Shown here piece by piece: positions 13,601 to 27,221 of a stretch of 64,000 nucleotides of DNA. The stretch covers positions 100,814,001 to 100,878,000 of the forward strand of contig NC_087437.1 of assembly GCF_036321535.1 (NCBI RefSeq), given 5' to 3'. The notes under the pieces are model-generated. The model was not told the origin of the DNA and ran no database searches. It was given only the letters and a program-made list of their open reading frames with translations. Made by a program: the position numbers and the translations under genes. Within the stretch, counting starts at the first letter, position 1. Every line of letters starts with the position of its first letter. Source of the stretch: Camelus dromedarius (taxonomy: Eukaryota).

Positions 13601-14525
13601 TTGGTTTTCTTCATATTTTAAAAACAAAAACCAAAAAAAAAGAAGAAGAAGAAACTTGCCTAAGATCTTATTAACTAAAAATTTGGATTAAGAATTCTGC
13701 TAGCCAAGTGATTTTTCCATATTATCATACTCAATGAGGAGTTTGTCAGTTACATACCAAGATAATTCAGGCTGGGCACTTAAAACAAGGATGACTTTAG
13801 GTTATACTTTTTTTGGTTTAATCGCCTCAATTTTGCTTATTTGTACTAATGTAGATTAAGACTAGATTTAGTATTCCAGCCAAGATTGTCACAAAAAGTA
13901 TTGGCCCATGCTAGATTGATAACATTAGTACTGACTGCATTGCTTTCAATTAATAAAGAAGCACCAGAAGGAAATTCTACTACTGAGTTGAGATTTAATT
14001 GCACATTCACATAAATTCATATGATTCTTCAGATCTGATAACATATACTTCTAGTAATTGAGTTCCATATTTTTTCCTTTTTTTTTATTGAAGTATAGTC
14101 CATATATATTTTTAACTCATCACCTGAATGGTCAAAACATGAAACAGACTCCATAGTTCCTAAATTTAAACTTTATATGATAGAAAAGCAAGTTTTTGTA
14201 GTGTATACAATTATTCATTGAATTTCAAACAGCATGATGAACAATGATGCTCCCTTAGGTATCCCTGTAAAAACCAAGGCTTCTCCTGGGATTATGAGGA
14301 AGAGCAGAACTGGCTCTTGGATGAGGCAGGTCATGTACCCCATAGTACAGATCTATTTTGAAAAGAACAAGTAAATCTTAGGGGAATTGACCAACTGCTC
14401 ATCCTTGCATTTGAGCCATTTACGTGCCTGCACAGATACCAATGTGTCACCCTTAAAGAATGGCGATGTAGAACCTTGGATTCAATGGTCTCTTCCTGGA
14501 AGTGATGGCTAACCATCATTTCAAA

Positions 14526-14549
14526 ACCACCACCACCACCACCACCACC

Positions 14550-14581
<32 letters not shown>

Positions 14582-14583
14582 CA
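14526..14583 (+). repeat. Compound microsatellite (ACC)n(AAC)n
   Basis: Uninterrupted ACC run switching to AAC run. Confidence 0.95.
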
Positions 14584-14823
14584 CAGTTTTTTCCTACTGC
14601 TGAAGTAGTTATATAGTACTAGCTTGATTTTTTTCAGTTTCAAATATTTATTTCATTATGTGCTGGCAGTGTTATTGATAGTCCTCAGGAGAATTATTTA
14701 GCATCCTTAATAAAATGCAATAAAATGAATAAATTAGTTAATACTGGATTCCAATAGCATTTCAAATATATTAATATAAAGTTGTAATAATTTAAAACCT
14801 AACAAATTCCCTTTGTAGACCAC

Positions 14824-15146
14824 TGCAATGGACTGAATGTTTGTATCCCCCTCCCAATTCACATGTTGAAATCCTACCCCCAAGTGTGATAATGAGATCA
14901 TGGGAGTGGAGCTCTTCTGAATGGGACTAGTGCTCTTACACAAGAGCCCCCAGAGAGCTCTTTGGCTGTCTTTCCTTCATGAAGTCAGCAGTCTGAAACC
15001 CAGAATAGTGCCCTCTCTAGAACCCAACCATGCTGGCTGCCTGACCTCCAACTTCCAGCCTCTAAAATTATGGGAAATAAATTTCTGTTGTTGATAAGCC
15101 ACCTCATCTATGGTGCTTTGTTATAGCAGTCCAAACTGAATGAGAG
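14824..15146 (+). mobile_element. MaLR solo LTR (MLT1A-like)
   Basis: 'tggactgaatgtttgtatcccc...aattcacatgttgaaatccta...acttccagcctctaaaattatgggaaataaatttctgttgttgataagccac...tttgttatagcag'. Confidence 0.85.
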
Positions 15147-18100
15147 AATGACATTTGTCACTCTTTGCCCTGGAACACACATGAGTGAACCCCGTGGTGA
15201 CTGAGGCTGAAGCCACTGTGTAGAGTTGCCCAAGTGAGAAGCCACTGAATGCAAATCAGTGTCTGGAATTCAGACTGTCAGTCCTTGGGCTTATTAATGG
15301 ACACACAAAACAGATGCTCACGGGGAATTGCAGACGTTTGAAAGGGAGTAGGAGAATGGAGGAGTGAGTTGTATATTTGGAGCATACAGCTTCCATAGTG
15401 TACTACTAAGGGCCCTGATGTCACTTTTCAGAACTCTGGATTCCAAATATTGTTGCTCAATTAATGTTTCAGAGCTTCTGGAGACTCTGGTTGACTCTTG
15501 CCTGAGCTTTCTTTGGGATCACTCTTACTGAGATCACCTTCCTGTTTGGGGGCTTGAAGATACACGTTTAATGTCATTGAATCAATGTTGAACTCCTTAC
15601 CCTAATCGGTTTGAAGTTCTCATTTAAAATTTTTAAACTGGGCAAAGAATCTTAACTTGCAACAGAACTCTCTCCTGATTTGCTAGTCACGCGGTCTTGT
15701 CACACTTTGGTTTCAGAGAGTCTGAAAGCCCTGTTCACATAACCTTAGGTTCTCTTGGTTGCTTTCAAGGGAACCCTCATCTCCTGATTGATCCAACAGC
15801 AGCTGAGCTTCTGGAACTAAGATATGTTTGCTGTCAGGAAGTCATTTGTCTCCTATGATACCGTATGAATATCCATAGGGAAAACCAATGAAAGTCATTT
15901 GTTTAAAAATTTAATGAATATTTGTTGCTTTCCCTTAACTGCCAGTAACTTTATAATTTATTTAAAAAGGGAATTTTGTTTAAAATTTTAAATTCATGTC
16001 TCCTCCTATGCTATATTGGAAAAAAAAAAATTGAGAGACATCTTCTGCCCCATGTTCTTCAAAGAGAATACCAAATACCACTGCTGTTCTATATTTTTGA
16101 CTACCCAAAATGTGCACTCTGACTTTAATGATGATCTGTCCAGATGTTTTCTAGTGATGGAGAAAGAAAAAAGTCTGGTCTTATCAGCCAGTTTCCTTAA
16201 AAACATATCTAAAAAGAGTCTCTAATAACTTGTTCTAGTAAGTCAAACAGCTACCAGAATAACTTGAGTAGCCCTAATTAATGGGTGTGGCCACCCTGAG
16301 CTGATATAATCTGAGCCTAAAGCTAAGAAACTCTATTTTAGGAAGTTTGTGCAATCATATTGAGGATATAATACAATCTGGATTTCCTGAAGTACTGAAC
16401 CCTTGTCAATTATGGCTTCAAGGACTTGCCAGCTTTGGGGGCATTAGAGCCATTTGGTGGTTTACTGACATATGGAACATTACACCCAGTGCTTATATTG
16501 TAATCCACTGACATTCCTTCCCAAATGAGGACCTTTCCATGAGCCACACGGATGTCTGGGAGTAGGATGCATGAAAGGAGAAAGGAGCTCCCATTCCGAG
16601 TCCTACCTAGTTCTGCAGGCACTTGGAGCAGTCACTAAGGTCATAGCCAATGAGGAGCATCATGCTCAACCTGGATAGCGGCTAGGAATTCCTGCAAAAA
16701 TACCTAATCCCTCATTCCTCCATGCTAACCACAACACTCACTCACACTTCACTGTAGCATTTATACACACATTTATTACTACATTTCTCTCTCCACACTG
16801 GACTGTGAGCCCCTGGAGCAGCTCTCTGAACACAGCCACACCCAGAGACACTCTGACATGATTTACAGGGCTGAGCCCTATATACCTCCATTGCTTTGAG
16901 GACACATGCTTTTCATTTCCCATTTAAAATCCCAACAATGCCTGTTTGTTTTGGACCTTTAGCTAGTGGCAAAGCTCACAAAAATCCATATCCTTTACAT
17001 GGTTTATTAATTGTCCACAGCCCTGGAATAAATTAGCATTTTTAATAGTTGTATAAGGAAAATAAACTAATAGACATTATAATTATTTTAGAATTCTACT
17101 TTCTTGAGTAGAGTGGAGTTAATCATCTTTAAGATGCTTCCAAGTGTTAAAATTTCTTACTCTGTAAGACATGTCTTTAGCAAGATTGACTTTCTTTTCC
17201 AAGAAAATAGTTGAACAAATGTTTAGAGTGTACTTGTGGCTTATGAAAACCAAAGACAGGGAGGTGTTATAGGTAAATGCACCACCCATTAAAACCGAAG
17301 GATTTTGTTCATTTAAAACAATGAAATAGCAAAATACCAATTCGACTGAAGCTCATTATGAGAGCTTCCTCAGGTTTCCTATTATAGACTAGATACAGAT
17401 GAAATGCTTATGAACTTCTTTTCAGTACTCTAGGAAACGTTAACATCCTTGGATGGACTGTTAAAATAAAGACCAAGTCAGGTTATGGAAAAGTGCCTTT
17501 GTAGGTTTTAGAACGGTTTACTTCTAATGTAAGCCATAGGTCACTGATGGATGATTGCAAAGTAATTCATACATTTATGTCCAGGAAGTTCCCAAGTATT
17601 CAGAAAACGTATTTTGTGTTGACGGTCTTCTCTGGAGCTACGGATAGTGAGATGGAAATCAGTTGGGAAAACTGTGCTTCAAATATTCTCTTCAATTTAC
17701 TCCTGTGGCAATTTAGTCAAACCACCTGCTTGGAAGTAATCTATTTGCAGAACCTAGGTGGGGAAAAAACCTGCCACATTATATAATTCACTGAGCAGGT
17801 TTTGGCTCCCACTCGGCCAATCCATCTTACATAGTGGCCGGTGCCCTGCATCTACCAATACATATGATCAAGCAATTTAGCACGAAAAAAGAAAGGCCCC
17901 ACAAACTTGGCATCCCCGTGGACATTAATCTTTGAGAAAACCAAATGGATCCAACTTTTGCCAGAGTTTAATAGCAAAGCTGTCACATTTTACACAAATG
18001 AGTGTCCAGTCTGCTAGCGAATGGAAAGAGGAGACCGGGAGGAGGGGAGGGAGGAGGTGGGGCTGCTGACTGGACTGTTTTCAAAGTGGCTCCAGTTTTT

Positions 18101-18189
18101 AGGGGAGGGGCTAGGATGCTCCGCGTGGCAGGAGAGACGAAGTAGTTAAAAATTATTACCAGCTAGGGGCCGGAACCTCGGGATGTGAG

Positions 18190-18197
18190 TATATAAG
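18190..18197 (+). promoter_or_regulatory. CHODL: TATA box (TATATAAG); implied TSS near 18220
   Basis: TATAWAWR-type motif at the 5' edge of the CpG island, ~420 nt upstream of the ATG. Confidence 0.65.
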
Positions 18198-18611
18198 ACC
18201 GCGCCTCAAGAGCAGAGCTGCTGCTGCGGGAGTCACGACCGGGGCGCACGGGCTCAGCCCCTCACTAGCCCGGAGCTGAGGAGAGGAGCAAAGGGGGCCG
18301 CGGGGTTCAAGCTGGTGCTCCTGCTTCACCTCTGGGACGGATACGGGACCCCCTAACTTCTGTTGCCTTTCCCAGAACGCGCACCCGCCGGGTCTTGAGC
18401 TCTAGCCCAGGACACCCGCGCGCGGCATCAGCGCGCCCGGAGCCAGGTCCGGCCGCAGGCGATGCGTGCAGGGGGCCGGGCGGCCGGGCTCAGGCGGCGG
18501 GAGTAGGGCCCAGCGGGGAGGCAGGGAGGCTGCGGGGTGACGGCCCCGGCTGCGCGGCGAGTAGAGGCCGCTTTCGCTACTCGCCACACCTGCTGCCGCC
18601 GCCGCGCCGCA

Positions 18612-18690
18612 ATGAGCCGCGTGGTCTCCCTGCTGCTGGGCGCCGCGCTGCTCTGCGGCCACGGAGCCTTCTGCCGCCGGGTGGTCAGCG
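18612..18690 (+). CDS. CHODL: Chondrolectin coding exon 1 (signal peptide MSRVVSLLLGAALLCGHGAFCRRVVS-G)
   Basis: ATG at 18612 with G at -3; hydrophobic leader; GTGAGT donor at 18691; 79 nt, phase 1. Confidence 0.97.
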
Positions 18691-21600
18691 GTGAGTCCCG
18701 GGCCGCTGAGCCGGGTGAGGGGACGGTTGGGCGCGCGGGGGAGGGCGCTGCGGGGCAGCGGGTCCTGAGGTGGAGTCTCTCCGGGGGGTTGGAAACCTTG
18801 CTGAGTAGGTAGGGGGCGGGACGAGGCAGGGGGAAATTGATTGTATTCAGCTTTCTCCCAGACCTCCAAACACACAGAAAGTTTAAATTTTTTGAAAGCG
18901 CCTGATTCAGTAGCTGCGAAGCGAGCTGTGCTTCATGCTCAGCAGTTCTGCGTCTTCTAGGAGTGATTTACACTTTCTTTGTAGGAGTGTTAGCCGCAGG
19001 GCAGGGCTGGTACCTGTAGAAGGGGTGGGGTACCGCGGAGTCAGAGGGAGCCGACACAGAAATGCCACCCTCTGTTGGCGTGGCTCGACTTCAGTCCCCA
19101 CCCGTACGGGGTTCACGTGGATGATCAGACCTGCTCCTTGTGGGTGGCTCACGGACCCTTGGGCACGCAGCCTTTGTTCTGAGGATGGCTGACAAAGACC
19201 AGGGGACTGGTCGTTGTGCGTAGACGCCTTTCCCTTACTTACACACGGCATTCCAAGTTGGGGACTTCTCAGAGCATGAAGTCCGCTCGAGTACATGGTA
19301 ATCAATGCAGATTTGTGCACACAGTAGGTGCCGGATCAGGTCCGTCGAGTCAGTCGCTGCAAGGGAAATGGATCCGAATTGGCAAGCTTCCCAGAGTTCT
19401 CTTTGATTTTTCTTTTTCGTCGACTTTTCACTGTCCTATTGTTGAGCCGTTTGTATTGTATTCACCCTCCCTTACTTTTTTGGGGAGGTCTCAAAAAACA
19501 TCTTCTTAAAAGCCTAGGATAAATGAATATGGCCTTACAGGAAAATTGAGCATAGCTACCCTAACTGAAATCTCTTGTGATGCTAATTAAAGTGTTGCAA
19601 TAAATATTTGTTGAATGTATGTGGACATGCGTTTTAAGTGTAGGGTTTTTTTTTGTTTTGTTTTTTGGTTTTTTTTTTTTTTAGCGTAAAAGCAGGGATT
19701 CCTTTTCACATGCTGTGCGTCTGTATAACAGGTGTCACTAGAGGTAGAGGCAGATGACAGATGACAGCAACTTAATCAGTAGTGAAGCCAGACCTTTAGA
19801 AACTGGCATATTAAGCTTAATTGTTACTGATCTTCCCCTCAGCAATATGCGATGTTCTACATCTTCTGAATATAATTCTTAAATGTCTGGTTATCAATCA
19901 GTCTCCACTAACTTTTTGGCCCTGGGGAGACACTGGAATTAAATACAATGTGAAATGTTATTTGGAAATGCATGTTGCTTCCGTTTGTTTTTTCGGACTT
20001 TATTCGTTTATAAAATGAAAACTTTACAGTATGAGATAAGGATGTTACAAAAGACATAACATTAGATCTCCCCCCTCCAATTTAGCTTCAAAGAAAACAG
20101 TAAACAAACTCATCTGAATGTGTGAATTAAATATCTGACTGCCTTTCTGTTAGAATTATTCTTGCAAATGAATGAACAGCAGATATCAGGCTGTGAGTAT
20201 AAGATGTTTTTTAAACTCCTAGAAACATTTCTTTGACATAGTATCTATTTGGTATATTCTTATATATAACTTTTTTTTTTATAACTTAAACTTTGCAAGA
20301 GAGGAAAAGAATACATAAAGTAAAAACAGAAGTAGAAAAAATTTGTTGGTGAAAAGTTTATTTTGTGTTCTTTTTTTGCATAAATTGTTATAAGCCTTTT
20401 GCTGTGTTTTCCTGTTAAGTATTTATAGGCATCTTGTAGGTGACATCTGGAAAATTTCTAATTAACTGAACATGATCTATTTGATTTAACATAAAAGATG
20501 ATGTTTACTTGATATTAAAACAATTACTTAGTTATGTTTTTCTTATGAATAATTTAATTGTCTTTGGCCATAAAAATTCACATTGAAATTTAACCATTAT
20601 AAATTGATTTGTGATTTTATCCTTTGAAAACTAATTTTAAAAAATTTATTTTTCAGTCATAATGGCATGACTACAGAGCAGTCTAGAGCCTGACATTTTG
20701 GAAATAGTAGGTCTAATGCCTTCCTGGTTGATGTTAAGCTTTTTTATGCCTCTAGGGATCAAAATTCAACTGTCTGTCAACTGAAACAAGGTCATTATTA
20801 GGAACATACAATATATGGAATACATTTTCTAATTATAGAATATCAGCACAACCATTTATAATTTCTATATAGTGTACCAAAATAATCACTGAGCCTAGAA
20901 AAAAAACAGAAACTCACAAAGTAAGTCTTTATAGAAATTCTCGTTTTAGTACTTCATTCAATAGGATACTTTCCAATACTTTTAAACACACTATCCTTTT
21001 TATAGTTGAGAGCATTATTCATAAGTAAAGTGAAAATATTTTAATGAGAAATAACTTTTTAAACATCATCATTATAATCTACCCCATAAGATTTAATAGC
21101 ATCTAGCAGTAATAGAAGAGTATTTTGATGGGTTATTGGCTATACTTATTTTGATGCCTGAATATGGAATAAAAATATATAACCATAAAGATAATGATCA
21201 AAGTGTATTTAGTGGATTAATGATTCTAACTTGGGAACTACTTTTAGGGCCTTAGACCTGCACTGGTTTGTTGCTATACACAGATGTGTAGAGGATGTCT
21301 GTGGAGGCTGCAATCATTTAAATTTATGAAGTGACTGGTGGGTAAATGACACCTTCTTTAGAGCAAAGGTAAGAAGATTTTACCATGGGGGAATATGAAT
21401 ACATATGAAAAAGAAGAGTTCAAAATTTAGGTCTCTAAGATGGGAGGATGTGTTTGAGGAGCACATGGATATTTTGAAGCATTTGAAGTGTTCTGAAGTA
21501 GTGTGTTTGTGTGTTTATCTTTTCAGTGCACACAGCAATGATTCCATCAACCTGTTTATGCTGCAAAATGCATTTAGTGTATTTCGTGATACCTCCACAT

Positions 21601-22607
21601 TTGTGCAGAAGACTTTAATATGTATTCATTTGAATTTATTGAAATTGACAAATATTTATTTAAGAGACTGACCGATTTAGAGACCTCTGTTTTTAATCAT
21701 GCAAATGCCACAGAATATTGCAAAATCATGAGTGGGGACCAGTAGCCTACAGATTAATATAAAAAGCAAGGGAGATATAACAACAACAACAACAAACTGC
21801 TGAGCATATCCTAGCTGATGGTACTATTTCATGACATCATCAAGAGCATAAAGTGATGACAGTGCAGTTTTCAAAGATGCAATTACTTTAAGTATCTCTC
21901 GGGCAAGAAAGGGACAAATTAATCTTATTACCAGTCGTTTAATAAACTACACATTCATCGTAGCCATTAATCCTTTATGGTTTTGTTTTTTATAACTCCT
22001 TCTTTTGAAGATGACAATATATGTTACATTAACATTAGAAAGAGAAGTTATACAAATTAGAACAGTTATGTATAACATTAGAAGGGGACATTATATAAAG
22101 GCATCCAAAGTGGAAATCTGGCTGATGGTCTCACCAAGAATGTTTCCTTTCTCCAAGTGTCTCTCTCTTCTGTTAGGCACTTTGCACCCAGGTGGATGGA
22201 TGTACCCAACTACCAGGCAAGATCATTTCTTTCACTGATACAACACAGCCTGACAGCTTGACTAAAGTAATACTCATTGTCATCGAGAAAAAGTTCAGTT
22301 TGGACTCATTTGTCTAACTTGGAAAATAAAAGGTCTAGGTAACATATCATTAAGAACGTACATGGTCTGAAAATCAATGAGAGATGTTCTAGTGTTAATC
22401 CTATGTCTAAATGTTCATGAAAGGAAATCTACGTTCTGTTTAGAAACACTTAATTTATAACCCATAGTGTACATTAGCCACCTAGTAATCAATGACAGAT
22501 CAATTCTAAAAATGATCACATAGGTCATACTAATAATGCACTAGTAATCAGTCCTTTTAGTTATGCAATCTTTCACCTTAGAAAGATATTATATTTGAGA
22601 CCTATAT

Positions 22608-22792
22608 GGAGGCAGCATAGAAATCTGGGTCATGCGTGAACTGGGGAGCCAGACTGCCTGGTTCTAAACCCTTTACCACTTATGAGCTGGGTGAATTTGG
22701 CAAATTATTTAACTTTTCTCTGCCTCCCTTGCCTCATTTTAAAAATGGGATGAGAGAGAGCACTTACATCACAGGGTTGTTGGGAGGTTAAA
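22608..22792 (+). mobile_element. MIR SINE
   Basis: 'ggagccagactgcctggttc...ttggcaaattatttaac...ctctgcctc...aaaatggga...cacagggttgttgggaggttaaa'. Confidence 0.75.
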
Positions 22793-25700
22793 GGGTTCAA
22801 ACACAGTAGTGCGGGTTCAGCTCTGGGATTGACTGAATGTTTGAAATCTTAACTCATGCAGTTACTTGGTTTACAATTTATTATTTGGATCTTGATTTTA
22901 AATATTGGGTTTAAAAAATAAATAAATTTCACTCCCTTCTCAGAAAGCTTGTAGTATTTCCCAAGTGGAGATGTAGGGCTTAAGATGCCACTGTCACCCA
23001 GCCAATGACCTAAGACTTCAGTGTTGGTTGTTTATCAATATTGGAGAACAGATTCCAGCACAATCTTAATAGTGTACTATGCAGTTAATTACATTATAAA
23101 ATCTGTTGCAAAAATAAAGTTTATATGACAACTTTTTTATAATGAAAAAGTCTTAAGAAGTTGGTGAAATGTTGAACACTGAAAGCAGAACACTTATGAT
23201 AGCTTGCCCCTTTTTCGTTTGAAAGTGTTGGCTTTGCTATCAGAGGTCATATCACACTATCTTGTTGTTTCAACATATTTGTTACTTTGATTTTGAGTAG
23301 AGTAAGAAAGGATTATGAAAAACACATTATTTTGGGGGGTTTTAGTAAAATGTCCAAAGTTCAGTTAGTCTGGTTTGGGAAAGATTTACCACGTAGATCC
23401 TCTTTTGTATAACTTCTTTGCAACTAAAGGTAGATCATAATTGAACAATAGGAATTCATAATATGTCTTCCATGTTTTTATTGAAAAATATGATATAAAT
23501 TCAATACTTTTTTAAAGTTGACAATATATGATTATAGTGTAGGTGTAAGGAAAATGTTATTACTTTCATAATTAACTGAAGACCCAACTCTCAGAGAGTT
23601 AATAAATATAAGCAAAACAAAAACCAAATTATAGGTCTTTTGTATTCAGGAAGAAAAAAGGAAATTGCCAAGACTTTATGAGTTTGGCCCCACTTTTACA
23701 TTGTTGCTAAAAGCATTTAAAACTGCCAATTTTTAGCTCTAAAGGAATTTTCATGACTAGGAAAAAAGACAAAATTATTTATTGGTGGAAACAGTAGCAA
23801 AATCTTAGCTGTGACAATGATAGGAATGCTTATTTTACTAGGCAATACTGAGTATTATCTCTAAATGAAAGTGCATTGTATGTATTGTGTATGTTTGTAG
23901 TTGTGTGTGAATGTGTGCGTGCGTGTATGTATGAAACCAAGAGGTGTAGAATCTAGGTGGAAGGTCTTTCTCTCTTGCAAGTAAGCCAACAATCAAGGGA
24001 GATTTCACACTACAGATGTTAGATAACATTTAGTAAATTATTGTTACACAATATTGTTAGAAAATATTGTTAGGCAAAGGTAGCCTTAGTGTAATTAAAA
24101 ACTGCTATATGGCTATATGAATATTTATCTGAATGTTTTGTAAGTAGCAGACGAGTAGATGGAAGATTAGATGTTGTAGATGGAAGACTAGAATTCCTCT
24201 CGTTCAAAATAGTCTATGGAAGATTTTATCTGAATATAAGATTTAAAAGTAAGAGAAAAGGAAATTCTTCATGTGACCTCACAGAATGAGAAGGAGATAA
24301 TCATAATGGTTCCCTAAGAAAGTTAGCCTTTACAGAAGTGGGAAAGTTGCTTCCAGAAGATCCGTATTAATGGAACTTTTCTGGGAATTAGGGCAACATT
24401 TGTTTCCCAGCTGTTGGGAGTTGCACTGCTATTACAGCCAAGTGGGATCAGCTGAAATGGTGGTGAGCAGTGCAGAAGCCGCTGCTTCTGCTGATCTTGC
24501 TGCAACTTGGACCAAATCTGCATAATAAAGTGGACATCAGTAATAAAATCAAATTGGATGTAAAGAAATTCACAGTGTCAGCTTTAACTGATTTTGCATA
24601 TAGACACCATAAAAAACTGCAGTGTATCTATAATTTCATTAAAACTGCCTTGCTAAATCTCAACTGCTAGTGACTTTTCAGTTTAAAATGTGTGGACACA
24701 GCTGATATTCAGTTAATGCACTTTGGAGTTAATATCCCTCTGCAGTTGGTAATTGGCCACTGTCCTGATCCTCTGAGAGTCACCCTGCTGTACAGCCACC
24801 ACAGACTTCACCTCCTCACCCAGGGCCCCTGGACCACCCCATCATCCACAGCCAAAGAGAGGATGTCTGGCACAGAGAGTGCCAAGCTGGCTATTGTCCA
24901 GAGCTCATACCTTATTAGTTCTTATTTTAAATATAATAATCCCTGTCTAGAGATTTTTCTTTTAATACTATTATTATTCCTCTACAGGCTAACATTTATC
25001 TACAGGTCAATATTCCTTATATCTAATGGCCGTATTAGGAATTTCCACTAGACACTTTAAGCTCTTTTATGCATTTAGTTAGAAGTGCGATTTTAACTTT
25101 ATAAATAAGTTAATTCTCATCATCATTCTTGTAGCCTCACTGTAAACAATAAATCTGTACTGCATTTTTTTAATGTATCCAAGATAATAAACAGAGACTT
25201 TTGGCACATAAATTATACGTACATATCCTTTGAACTTGTGCTGGCTTTGTTACATAGTTTTCATTCATTGAAACTTCTGGCTAATCAGTTTTTTCATTTG
25301 TTTGTTTTAGTGTGGCTTCTTTTTGTTATCTTGCAAAACAATCTCGTTGGACAAGTTTAATATTGCAAAAGTGCTGGAATCCAATTGAAGTCTGAGAGTT
25401 CTTAGTGTGAAAAACTGAACAAATTGAAAACTCAAGGGAATGTGGTTCAGATACATTTTGAGACAGAAATATGTAAAAGATGTAGAAAACGAAAATGGAA
25501 ACAGAACTTACTTTAAAAATACAGGGATAAAAATCACTAGGCTTAATGGCGTTAGAGTATTGCCAGGAACAACCATTTTAAACAATGAAGTCATCACAAA
25601 CTCTAATAATAAATTAGGAAACATTAAAAAAAAATAATTGTATTAGGATCAACCATTGGGACTTCCATGATCATCTCTCCAGGATTATTTGTTTCAGACT

Positions 25701-27221
25701 GATTTGTCCTCTTGAAGTCTCTTTAATTCCAATTTCCCATGGTCATTCATACAAATGTGCTACTTTTCATCAACAATTAGTTGGGGTGGTCTGTTAATTT
25801 GTTCTTATTATTCAGTGTGTTGCTTCTGGGTCCAGACAGAGAGGACAACTGGCTGTCTTGCTTGCCTTGCTGGAATGGCTGTGTTATTAGTTGGCTGTTC
25901 TCAGCTTGTCTCAAGATATTGAATGCCTATCACTCAAACACTGTTGTGAGGTTAATGGCCTTCCCTGATGTCTGCTCCCTCCTGCCTCTGAGTGTCATCA
26001 CAGGTCATTAATTGCTGATTCTGTGGGAGAATGGAATGTGATACCCATGTTGGCTCAGTGTGGTGTCCTGTAATTAACAGTACAAAGCTTGAATGCTTTA
26101 TTTTTTAGCCAGTGTTTAAAATAACGCTTCCAACCCTCGACTATGAACAGATTTTCTTGATCGGCTACAAAATTAAATACATAATGAAAAACGCATTTAG
26201 TCCCAATAAGAATAAGAATTGTAAGAAAGCAGTATAGCTACGCCTTGATTTCTTAGTGTAAAGTATTTTGCCTTAATTTTACATAAAATACTAGATAGTC
26301 TATTTTCCAAGGCCAAACCTCAAGCTGAAATCCTAAGGAACAGTGACAGAGAAGGATCTGTGGCAGTTTTTCAAGGTGACAGCAGAGGTCAGAGGTGAAC
26401 CAAAGAAGCTAATGAAAAACAAAACAGCATGCCATTCTGGAGACTGTGTGGTACACATATTTGGTGGTAAAAAGAGGCAGGTGTAAACAATAGTACAATA
26501 AGAATTCCATTGCTGGTTGAGTTAGTGAAATCCTGTACACTGTACTATCCCTGTTATATACGTGGCTTTATTAGGACCCAGTCTGATCACTCATATTTCT
26601 AGTTATGTCATTAAGTAATTAGGAAAATTCACATGCTCAGTATGTAGAGGTATGTGAAATTCAGGTTTGAGAGTTTTTGAAATCAAGCTTTTGTTGCCCA
26701 TGTATTTGAGTCTTCACAGATGTTGTTAAAGCAGAAGTCTAGTGATGCCACAGCAACGAAGCTTGTTAAAAGGTGATATTCCATCAAAAGGCCTCAGGAA
26801 TTATCTTAAGCTTCATCTCTGGTTCTGTTTAATATCTTGACACAAATTATTTTATATTTTATATATATAGCGACTTTTAAAATCATTAATAGATATCAGG
26901 ATGGCTGGTTAAACTGAGTACCGTAACTTATAAAAACCTTTAAAATACATGTGAAAATAAAAGTTACATTTAAAATTTCCCTTCCAAATTTTGAGCATTC
27001 TAGAGTACTCTAGAAGGTTAACCTGTCACTTCTAATGCAGTGTTACATTAATAAATTATTAGCGTTACCTTCATTCTGACTTCTATTAACTTTCAGTTTT
27101 AATGTATTTGCTTTCAGAGATATACAATAAAAATAAATGTTTAAATTTCCCACTTTATTTTAATTTAAATTATTTAAATTTATTCACTTTATGATACCTT
27201 ATATAAAATTGCTTTTAACTT

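Larger units (their letters stand above)
18100..19430. promoter_or_regulatory. CHODL: CpG island spanning the CHODL promoter, exon 1 and start of intron 1
   Basis: Sharp rise in GC and CpG density in an otherwise AT-rich, CpG-poor window; GC-box-like GGGGAGGGG near 18102 and GGGGCGGG near 18812. Confidence 0.9.

Noticed and set aside
18395..19522. Several overlapping 64-157 aa ORFs on both strands
   Set aside because: Expected from stop-poor GC-rich CpG-island DNA; only 18612-18690 matches a protein
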